Virus record (IMG/VR): IMGVR_UViG_2881096153_000005
Location: 10,147 to 74,146 of that record
Length of the DNA stretch: 64,000 bases
Reading direction: 5' to 3' (one strand)
Source: a virus
Taxonomy: Duplodnaviria; Caudoviricetes
The position numbers were made by a program, and so were the translations under genes. Shown here in pieces: positions 55,601 through 62,779 of this stretch (the stretch's first letter is position 1; every line of letters starts with the position of its first letter). The notes under the pieces were generated by a model. The model saw only the letters and a list, made by a program, of their open reading frames with translations, did not search any database and was not told the origin of the DNA.

Positions 55601-57687
55601 CTACTACCCGCAGCATTGACGCCAAATTGTTGGCCGACAAAAACCTTGCGAACGAAAAGTACAACGCCGAGTCGATGGCTTCGACCGAGAAAGTCTTGAA
55701 GCACGCTCTTGAAAATGAAACGCTGACGACCGCCCAAAAGCAGAAGTTGAAACTTGATTTGATTGAACTCGTCCGGACGAACGAGATTAATCGAATTGAG
55801 CTAACGGCCAAAAATGAACGGGATACGGCCATTGCTACCAGCCTGCAACTGATGAAAATGGCGGGTGATGACGATGTAAAAAAACGGCAAATTGCTGCGG
55901 ATCTGGATGCCACCACCCGGCAGATTGACGCCAAGCTTCTGGCCGACAAAAACGCCGCGAACGAAAAATACAACGCCGAGTCGAAAGCAGCTACCAAGGC
56001 CGTATTGGAACAGGCTTTGAAAGACGAAACCCTTACTACCAATCAGCGCCAGAAACTAAAATTGGACCTCATTGCCCTCGAACACCAAATGGAGATCGAG
56101 CGCATTGAGCGTACCGCCGAACTCGAACGCCAACGAGCCCGCGAAACGAGTGCCCAGCTGATGGCTCTCGCCGGTGACGACGATGCCAAAAAACGCGAGA
56201 TCAAAAACAACCTTGATGCGACTATCCGGCAGATTGACGCCAAGCTGATCACCGACACCGAAGCCGCCAACAACGCCCACCTGGCCCGCACCACCGACGC
56301 CATGCGCAAGGCTACTGCCGAACGTCTAGAAAATCAGAACAGCTTTTTCGATGCGATCAAGAGCTTGTTGAAAGGTGATTTCGATCTTTTCAGCAACTAC
56401 GTGACCCAGAAGCTGAAAAACGAAAAGGCGATGAATGACGAGCGCCTTCAAAACTGGACCGGCAAGGCGCAGGAAATCCTGAATATCGTGAAAGGCTCCC
56501 TAGAAATAATGATGGGGCTTAATGAAGCCTACCTTACTTCGCAGATCAACCGGAACAATAAGGAGCGGGACGATAAAATCAAAAAGCTCCAACAGCAGTA
56601 TCAAAAGGGCTTGATTGATAAGGCCACCTACGAGTCGGGTGTGGAAGGCATCAACCAACAGGCCGATGCCAAGGAAAAAGATTTGAAGATGAAAGCGTGG
56701 AAGCGCGACCAGGCTGGGCAAATTGCGATGGCTATCGTGAACGCCGCCGCCGCTGCCCTAAAATCGTTGGCTACTATGGGCTGGCCACTCGGTCTTGTGG
56801 GCGTGGCCGGTGCAGCGGCAGCAGCTGCTATCCAAATCGGGATGATCAAGCGGCAACAACCGCCGAGCTTTGCCCAGGGTGGAAAAATCCAGAATGCCGG
56901 TGTGCCTGACGGTCCACGGCATGGCAGCTCCTATGGGCGGTCGGGTATTGCGCTCGTTGATCGGGAAACCGGTGAAGAAAAGGGAGAAATGGAAGGTGGT
57001 GAGCCGATCATGATCCTGAGCCGAAACACGTACAAGAACAACGGCAAGGTGATTGACAAGCTCTTGTACAGTTCCCTGCACCGCAATGGTGCCCCGGTCT
57101 TTGCCGAAAATGGCACGATGATGGGCGACTATCAGGACTTTATCGAACCTATTCAGGCCGGGCAGATGTACCTTTTTGGCTCCAAAAAACGAAAGGCATA
57201 CGACAAAAAAATGCAGGAGCAGTACGACGCCGACCAGGCCGCCAAAGCTGAACTCGAATCCTACATGAACTACGATTACAGCGATATGGGGGGTAGCGAT
57301 GGTGGTGATTATGGTGGTGACTATGGCGGTGAGTACGACACCAACCTTGATTTTGGCGAGGGTAGCTACGATGAAAGCGGCTACAATGGCAACGACTACC
57401 CGGACGGATCGGAGGGAGCAAGCATTGATGGTGTTACCAATGCCCAGATCCAGAAAAGTCAGTCGATGATGGACAGTATTGCCAAAAATACCCATCTGAC
57501 CGTTCAGGCTATTACGGCTCTCAACAATACCACCAAAGACATGGCCGGGAAAATTGATCAGCTGATCAACGCTACCAACCGTGCAGCAAATGGTTCCGAG
57601 TCTGCCGCGCAGGCAGGTTGGCAAGCGGCAGCTGCGGGCAACCGGGCAGCAGACGCAGCGTCGATGGGTGGAAAAAATAACTTATAA
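52669..57687 (+). CDS. Phage tail tape-measure protein (copy B, about 1672 aa)
   Basis: ATG at 52669 chosen (upstream in-frame sequence overlaps the HNH gene). TP901-type core, NPIGAVVAAV region, three 103-aa repeats. Confidence 0.9.
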   Translation: MQQVENSVWNLDINGKPALNALGELEKKLYETKEAQKELTRGTKEWAESKQDIKALEEEIKQVRETMGQAGMTVRQLEGYARQLGKEIKDLTPGTDDYIKKTEELQQVNTRLASVRSDVRAVAEEGEKTQGTWGRIKEWIIGAFVVTAIYEAGQMIMRFVGEAVENFTKYDAAAKELSANTNIIGSELELLKTKAKELGPEVGKTADEMLAAYQMMGSAKSDLTENAEALAAVTKEAIILSQAGKIELAPATELMAGALNQFNAPASDAGRFINAIAAGAQVGSAEIVDMTGALKASGTVANAANVSFEETNGALQSLSTINIKGEQAGTMFRNMLIKLMSSTEDLNPQVVGLEKSLDNLAAQNLTTAELAKMFGTENVVAAQHLMTHRGQVVEFTEALTGTDAAYKMAAVNNETLEFKQKQLDVAFGNSALKLGEILAPALNLFYDTMLETGIPALEAVIQAVVAFGKALIAIPEFISENRAAFIALGVALVSLNTANIAAAASTIALAAAEKGRLIWTEAGTVAQWALNTAMSANPIGAVVAAVALLVGGFITLYNNSETVRGVITGVWEALKTGIQVIVDVAQAVGKGFSELLDKLPFVSAGFTLVGEIGKLVFNGLIELLGWVGEKVVAATEFFGGLYTRVSSVGQSIGQAMQPAFDFITGGFGIVKQSINNFFDWIQTNVSKVTSFLKSITPDGFIEAGKVFSDAGKKISKSFQDAFVSEQVEGQKKQTTLNTQKHAEDAARVKKAAEDESKTQTGENLKAINSKAADNAKMRAEDIARAKAAAEKAAAEKTAANATANKAIEQMLIAAITDETARKKAQLAFELNEKLAANAKSKADDLTKVNYEIALRAKFKADTEKLEEDARTKKALEEQKKLTEMAKLEEQLRTERLTREYATTKAVLEYALTNEKLTILDRQKLKLDLIELERQHTFDRIDQTAAKERAKAIETSTQLMKLAGDDDVKKRQIAADLDATTRSIDAKLLADKNLANEKYNAESMASTEKVLKHALENETLTTAQKQKLKLDLIELVRTNEINRIELTAKNERDTAIATSLQLMKMAGDDDVKKRQIAADLDATTRQIDAKLLADKNAANEKYNAESKAATKAVLEQALKDETLTTNQRQKLKLDLIALEHQMEIERIERTAELERQRARETSAQLMALAGDDDAKKREIKNNLDATIRQIDAKLITDTEAANNAHLARTTDAMRKATAERLENQNSFFDAIKSLLKGDFDLFSNYVTQKLKNEKAMNDERLQNWTGKAQEILNIVKGSLEIMMGLNEAYLTSQINRNNKERDDKIKKLQQQYQKGLIDKATYESGVEGINQQADAKEKDLKMKAWKRDQAGQIAMAIVNAAAAALKSLATMGWPLGLVGVAGAAAAAAIQIGMIKRQQPPSFAQGGKIQNAGVPDGPRHGSSYGRSGIALVDRETGEEKGEMEGGEPIMILSRNTYKNNGKVIDKLLYSSLHRNGAPVFAENGTMMGDYQDFIEPIQAGQMYLFGSKKRKAYDKKMQEQYDADQAAKAELESYMNYDYSDMGGSDGGDYGGDYGGEYDTNLDFGEGSYDESGYNGNDYPDGSEGASIDGVTNAQIQKSQSMMDSIAKNTHLTVQAITALNNTTKDMAGKIDQLINATNRAANGSESAAQAGWQAAAAGNRAADAASMGGKNNL
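55372..56298 (+). repeat. Three 309-bp (103-aa) tandem units inside tape measure B
   Basis: QKLKLDLI.L and AGDDD.KKR.I...LDAT.R.IDAKL recur at 309-bp spacing (55372, 55681, 55990). Confidence 0.9.
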
Positions 57688-57692
57688 GCAGA

Positions 57693-59138
57693 ATGAAAAA
57701 ACGAATTGAAATCAAGCTCGACGGCAGGTCACTGGATCTCTCGCCGGGCATGGCCTTTACGCTCGAACGCTACAATCCCATGTTCGAGTTTGGCAGCATT
57801 ACGGGCTCGAAGGTGTACCGGTTCACGGTGCCTTTCTCGCCAACCAACAACCGCATTTTTCAATATGCTGCGGATCCGCAGGCACTCTGGGAACCGCGAA
57901 AATATTCGGCACAGCAATATGCCGATGGCGACATGATCGAGCAAGGCGTGGTATTTCTGGAAAGCGTAAAGGCTACCGGCTACGAAATCACCTTTGGCAG
58001 CAACCTGGGCGATTTCTTTGGCGATTTGCGTGATGTACCCCTTACTGACATCGACTTTGGTACCGAAGCTCTGCCAGCTGATCACAAGGATATTTCTCCG
58101 GAGAAAATCGTGGCCGGCCAAACGGTCTATACCTTGCCCACGATCCTGAACGCGCAGTTCTACGGCACCAACGTCGTGGCCGGTTTTTCTGGAAAAGTAA
58201 ACGAATATCTGGCAGGTACCGGTTATGTGGCCGGTTCGCCGAAAGTACCCATGCTGAACCTCCATTGGGTACTTCGCAAGCTGGGTGAGCTATGCGGTTT
58301 CTCACTTCGTGGGCAATTCATGGACGATCCCGACGCGCAGCGCCTATTGATCTACAACACCTTTGCCCTGGAAGGAGCTACCGTCCTGGACTATCGCAAC
58401 CACCTGCCCGCCGAGCTCACGCCGCGCACGCTCCTGCTATCGCTCACGCTGCCGCCGTTTGGGCTATCCGCTTTTTTCGATGTACACAAGCGCACCGTTA
58501 CGCTCGACTATACCGAAAACAAGCTGGCCACTCCTACCAGGCTAAACCTAACAACGGCCACCCAACCGAGCATCTACCCCGGCAATCTGAATAACCGCCG
58601 ACTGGAACTGGATTGGGAACTCGACACGGACGACGGTTTGATGAAAACCATACCGGCTGCCGTGGCCAAATACACCGCTCCCGGATACTCGACCGCTACC
58701 CTTTTCCCATTAAAGGGAAAGTTTTCTACACTCGTAATGGACGGCGCTACTGGCCTACCCAAAGCGGAGCAGCTGGGCATCACGCCGCTGACGGCCCAAA
58801 TGGATAAGAAGTTTCGGCCACGCCTATTGTTTTGGGAAGGCATGATAGACAATGTGCCCAGGGCAAGTAGCAGCTACGGCAGCACAAGCCTGAGCTTTGC
58901 GGGCCCCAACAATCTGCGCGAAAAGTATTGGAAACGCTACGAGGAATTTCGCCTCCGGACATTCCCCGTCACGCTGCTGGTAGCGCTTACGGCCAACCAA
59001 CTGGCCCGGCTCGACTTTCACCGCACCGCAGGGCAGGAAGTGGCCGTGCACGTACGCGGGCTCGACTACTTCATTTCGGCCATTAAGGCCAGGCTCCCGC
59101 TGTCGGGATACAGCACGCTTGATGTCTGGCGCCGTTAA
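57693..59138 (+). CDS. Tail protein downstream of tape measure (distal tail/hub-like, copy B)
   Basis: Paralogue of 14849-16258; starts 5 bp after tape measure B. Confidence 0.75.
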   Translation: MKKRIEIKLDGRSLDLSPGMAFTLERYNPMFEFGSITGSKVYRFTVPFSPTNNRIFQYAADPQALWEPRKYSAQQYADGDMIEQGVVFLESVKATGYEITFGSNLGDFFGDLRDVPLTDIDFGTEALPADHKDISPEKIVAGQTVYTLPTILNAQFYGTNVVAGFSGKVNEYLAGTGYVAGSPKVPMLNLHWVLRKLGELCGFSLRGQFMDDPDAQRLLIYNTFALEGATVLDYRNHLPAELTPRTLLLSLTLPPFGLSAFFDVHKRTVTLDYTENKLATPTRLNLTTATQPSIYPGNLNNRRLELDWELDTDDGLMKTIPAAVAKYTAPGYSTATLFPLKGKFSTLVMDGATGLPKAEQLGITPLTAQMDKKFRPRLLFWEGMIDNVPRASSSYGSTSLSFAGPNNLREKYWKRYEEFRLRTFPVTLLVALTANQLARLDFHRTAGQEVAVHVRGLDYFISAIKARLPLSGYSTLDVWRR

Positions 59139-59144
59139 AATATC

Positions 59145-59210
59145 GTCCTACTGAAAAGCCTGGCTACTAGCGATTTTTGAACCGAACAAATTCAAAAAAA
59201 TCTAGTAGCC
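59145..59210 (+). promoter_or_regulatory. Late-promoter-like motif plus inverted repeat
   Basis: AAAATATCGTCCTAC (core at 59145), ATTTTTGAA at 59173, inverted repeat GGCTACTAG...CTAGTAGCC ending at the base before ATG. Confidence 0.5.
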
Positions 59211-61022
59211 ATGAAACAATTTCTTTTCCTGTTGATAGGGTTTCTCACCCTACTTTTTGAGCCGCCCGGACTGGCGCAAAGTACCATCACCTTTCCCCGA
59301 TCGGGCAAGGTGGCGACGGAAGCCTATGTGGATTCGGTCGTTAAAGCCAACCGTACGAGTATCGGGAATATTCCCGTAACTACCCCGCCGATCGTCGTTA
59401 CTCCTCCGGTAGTTGTTGACCAGGTACCGATCCTGAAACCCTGCGATGCGGGACCGGAAATACGTACTATAACCAATATCACGACTTCCAGCCTTAGCGC
59501 AGTCTTTCACGGCCAAAATGTGTTCGGCATTACGTTCCAGATCCTTAGTGGATCCACTGTGCAGCGGTCTGGTACCATCGAGCCAAAATCCAACACCCTA
59601 CCCCTAACTTTCGACGCCTTACCGCCCGGCTCCTACACACTCAGGCTGTTTGGAAGTACGTGTCAGGGCATGTCGAGCAGGGAATTCACGATACCGATTA
59701 AAGAAACCGGGGCGGTGACGCCTGCCCCGGTTTTAACTCCCAACCAACAATCGAAGGGCAATTACGAGCTATTCATGAACCTGACCGGTTTCGGCTACGA
59801 ACCCACCGCGCCTAATGGTCTGCATCACGACTGGCCCGAGCGAATTGAAGCTTTTCGATACGAATGGGGCTATGGCATTACCGGCATTCGGCTAAACATC
59901 CGCTGGAACGAGTGGGAACCAACGCCGGATAACTTCACCAGGCAAGGGCTGCAAAAAATAATTGTCTACTGCCGAGAGCGAGGATTGAAGCTCTCGGTGT
60001 TGTTTTGGCCGTGGCGCAAACAAGGCGACAATTTTATTCCGGAAGGTCACTACGTAACCGGGCACCGGGGCAAGCAGCATCAGTTCGATGGGAACACCCG
60101 AATGGGTTCGCTGGCATCGGATGTCGTGAACGCCAAAATCTATAACGCAGTCCAGGAGCTATCGCGAGAGTTGAACACCTACGAAGGAGCCTATTACCTA
60201 AGCATAGGCACGGCTACTGCCGAAGAATTTACAAACCCGGTGATCGGCGAGGGCTTGGGTGGACCAAAAGAAATTACGGGCTTTGAGCCTGTTTTTCAAG
60301 ACGGTTTCCGGGCATTTCGGCAAGCCAAAAACCGACCCTACGAGCGTCCCATTATTTCAGAATGGGACGGTGGAGCTGGTCTGGAAATGGGCAATGAGGC
60401 GGGGAAGGATTTCGCCCGTTTCATTTCACTCACGCTCACCCGCTATTTCGATAATTTCACCAGGGCAGTTAAAGATGGTTCCGGAGGGAAAGTGCTGTCT
60501 GTGTATTCCTATCCAGACGCCGGATCACCCCAAAACGCCTGGTACCTGCACGCAAATTTTGCTAGTCAGGCCAGGACTGCCGATGGAATGTTTGGCACGG
60601 ACGGGAACGACCGCTGGGACAATAGCCGAAAGCTGCTCGTGAATGCGGTGAATCTTGGCATGGGAAAGATAAGCATGAACGAGTATGACCCCTTCGATCT
60701 GTCGAGTGATGGGTATTGCACCGGTATAAATTTGGGACAGTTGGAGCGTGAGTTTGAGAAGAGCTACTCGAATGGCGTACAGGTGATTCACCTGAGTATG
60801 TCGTACTGTCCGGCAGAAATACGGGGCATGGAGCCGCACTTGCGCTACTTGTCTGAAAAGTACATCGGCAAGCCCTATGTTCGGCCCAATCGACCGGTGA
60901 CGGAGGTCTCCATCACCCCCGCCTACTGGCAAGGACAGGAGATATTTGCCCCGCACTGGACAGGCAACAACTTTCTGAAACCTGTCGATGATGAGTTTTG
61001 GGGAGCATCGGGCCGGAACTGA
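59211..61022 (+). CDS. Secreted glycoside-hydrolase-like protein (signal peptide, Ig-like domain, TIM-barrel of GH42/GH14-like type)
   Basis: MKQFLFLLIGFLTLLF...LAQ signal, P/V-rich linker, GIRLNIRWNEWEP..DNF....L..I...CRERGLKLSV typical of GH-A/beta-amylase-like barrels. Confidence 0.6.
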   Translation: MKQFLFLLIGFLTLLFEPPGLAQSTITFPRSGKVATEAYVDSVVKANRTSIGNIPVTTPPIVVTPPVVVDQVPILKPCDAGPEIRTITNITTSSLSAVFHGQNVFGITFQILSGSTVQRSGTIEPKSNTLPLTFDALPPGSYTLRLFGSTCQGMSSREFTIPIKETGAVTPAPVLTPNQQSKGNYELFMNLTGFGYEPTAPNGLHHDWPERIEAFRYEWGYGITGIRLNIRWNEWEPTPDNFTRQGLQKIIVYCRERGLKLSVLFWPWRKQGDNFIPEGHYVTGHRGKQHQFDGNTRMGSLASDVVNAKIYNAVQELSRELNTYEGAYYLSIGTATAEEFTNPVIGEGLGGPKEITGFEPVFQDGFRAFRQAKNRPYERPIISEWDGGAGLEMGNEAGKDFARFISLTLTRYFDNFTRAVKDGSGGKVLSVYSYPDAGSPQNAWYLHANFASQARTADGMFGTDGNDRWDNSRKLLVNAVNLGMGKISMNEYDPFDLSSDGYCTGINLGQLEREFEKSYSNGVQVIHLSMSYCPAEIRGMEPHLRYLSEKYIGKPYVRPNRPVTEVSITPAYWQGQEIFAPHWTGNNFLKPVDDEFWGASGRN

Positions 61023-61023
61023 T

Positions 61024-61404
61024 ATGAGTAAAACTTCAAGAAGTTTCGATTGGTCCGGGCTTTTTTTTGGGGCTTTTGCCTTAACGGCACTCCTAGGGGC
61101 GATACTCATTCACCTACTGAAACCAAGCCCCGCTACCCCTACTACCACCGCCGACAGCCTGTTGATTGAAGCAGAAAACGCACGTATTGCACATGAAAAA
61201 GCTACCTACTACTATGCAGAATATACGAAAGCGACGGCCCGGCGCGACAGCCTGGCTGAGCGCATTTGGGGGGCTGATCCTTCTGTGGCTCGTGAGCGGG
61301 ACAGCCTGCGCGCAGCCGTACAGCAAGACGTTCTCGACAGCCTACGAAGCCGCGCTGCTCGACAGCCTCCTGTTGTACCAAAGCCTGAAACCGATTCACC
61401 GTAA
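61024..61404 (+). CDS. Candidate inner-membrane spanin (Rz-like)
   Basis: N-terminal TM segment plus coiled coil, in the lysis block. Confidence 0.5.
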   Translation: MSKTSRSFDWSGLFFGAFALTALLGAILIHLLKPSPATPTTTADSLLIEAENARIAHEKATYYYAEYTKATARRDSLAERIWGADPSVARERDSLRAAVQQDVLDSLRSRAARQPPVVPKPETDSP

Positions 61405-61600
61405 GCTACAATTTGCCTATGAACACCTTAGCGAAGAAAATACGGCGCTCCGAAATAGTCTTCGACTCGAACGCCTACAACGATACGTCGAAGCGCAGCG
61501 GCATGATACTGCCCTTGCAGCCGAAAGAAAAAAACGAAAAAAAGCACGCTGGCTTGGCCGACTCGAAGGGTTCGTGCTTGGCTTCCTGGTACCGCTCTAA
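61214..61600 (+). CDS. Candidate second spanin component in an overlapping frame
   Basis: Signal-like segment ending SGTAC, coiled coil, overlaps the previous gene by 191 bp. Confidence 0.4.
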   Translation: MQNIRKRRPGATAWLSAFGGLILLWLVSGTACAQPYSKTFSTAYEAALLDSLLLYQSLKPIHRKLQFAYEHLSEENTALRNSLRLERLQRYVEAQRHDTALAAERKKRKKARWLGRLEGFVLGFLVPL

Positions 61601-61613
61601 CATTAATGCTGAC

Positions 61614-62144
61614 ATGAGAAATTACTTTGAAAACATTTTTCTGGCAGGAAAGCACTACTGCATTTTCCTCGTAGAAAATCCTTGGACCACCACCCTCGCG
61701 CTCCTGATCGGGCTGGGTGGCTGGATGATTGAGTTCGTCGAAATCTATATTTTCTCGGACTTCAAATACCTGATCTACCTGGTACTGATGATTGCCTACG
61801 ACGGCTATTCGGGCATTAAGAAGGTGCGGTTTCTACATGAGCTGGACCCTGCTAAAAATCCGGCTCCGAGTGCTAAGGTCTTCAAGGATAAGACTTTCAG
61901 CAAGATTGGCTACTACATCACTACCCTTGGCGCCCTGCACGGGCTCGCGCATTTTCAGGTACAGAATGTAGAAGTGACCGTTTTTCACGCCTTCGAGTAT
62001 GCGGCCCTAGTGGCCATGATGGCCGCTGAGTACTGGTCGGTGCAGGAGAATTATGCCGCAATCGGCAAGAAAACGATTCTGCTGCTGGGCTGGGACTACC
62101 TAAAAGCCTACCTACCGGCTGGCACCAAAAAGCCGGAAGCCTGA
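61614..62144 (+). CDS. Phage holin family protein
   Basis: Three to four hydrophobic segments; LMIAYDGYSGI.K, K.F.KIGYY and EYWSVQENYAAIG resemble holin family 4. Confidence 0.72.
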   Translation: MRNYFENIFLAGKHYCIFLVENPWTTTLALLIGLGGWMIEFVEIYIFSDFKYLIYLVLMIAYDGYSGIKKVRFLHELDPAKNPAPSAKVFKDKTFSKIGYYITTLGALHGLAHFQVQNVEVTVFHAFEYAALVAMMAAEYWSVQENYAAIGKKTILLLGWDYLKAYLPAGTKKPEA

Positions 62145-62184
62145 GCAAAATTCCAAAAAGCGTACTAAAATTTCCAAAAAGCGT

Positions 62185-62640
62185 ATGAAAATTGTTCATA
62201 ACCGTATCCGGAAGGGGCCAAACAGCACCCTTTCGGAATTTTTTTTAGATGGCATCAAACAAGGTTTCATTGTCGAAGACACCGACCGAGATTTGACGGC
62301 CGACATGCCTTTGGGCAATTTACTGGCGACAAAAGTCCACTCGCACACGGCAATCCCGACCGGTCTATATAAGGTGCAGCTGCGCTATTCGCCCAAATTT
62401 CGGCGCGTACTACCCTGGATCATGGACGTGCCCGGCTTTCAGTACATCATGCTGCACCCCGGCAACTGGATCCACGACACCGAAGGCTGTCCGATCCCTG
62501 GGCTCAGCTGGCGGAAGGACAGCAAGGGTGAATTTATGGTCGTCCGCAGTAAACTGTGTTTTGATCCGGTACTGGACGCGATCGTTAAAGCGATTAAAGC
62601 CGGGGAAGATGTTTGGTGGGAGGTAGTAGCTGCGTACTGA
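62185..62640 (+). CDS. DUF5675-family putative endolysin
   Basis: TAIPTGLYKV...YSPKF...LPWIMDVPGFQYIMLHPGN...DTEGCPIPG. Confidence 0.82.
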   Translation: MKIVHNRIRKGPNSTLSEFFLDGIKQGFIVEDTDRDLTADMPLGNLLATKVHSHTAIPTGLYKVQLRYSPKFRRVLPWIMDVPGFQYIMLHPGNWIHDTEGCPIPGLSWRKDSKGEFMVVRSKLCFDPVLDAIVKAIKAGEDVWWEVVAAY

Positions 62641-62741
62641 AAAATAGACTACATTTGTTTCAGGCAATCGTACCCTATGGAATTGAAATTACGCGATGCG
62701 TTTTAAGCGGCTTTAATCGTACCTTATAGGACTACACACAC

Positions 62742-62776
62742 AAACTGAGGGACATGCGTGTCCCTCAGTTTTTTTT
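62742..62776 (+). terminator. Bidirectional intrinsic terminator between lysis block and integrase B
   Basis: AAACTGAGGGACA-tgcg-TGTCCCTCAGTTTTTTTT. Confidence 0.85.
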
Positions 62777-62779
62777 AGG

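Noticed and set aside
52783-57624. Long minus-strand ORFs (up to 288 aa) inside tape measure B
   Set aside because: Antisense shadows expected from GC-rich, Ala/Lys/Glu-biased codons.
62664-62730. AATCGTACC repeated twice after the lysin gene, similar to the AATCGTCCC boxes
   Set aside because: Only two short copies, with a mismatch in the core and no downstream gene on that strand; too weak to call.
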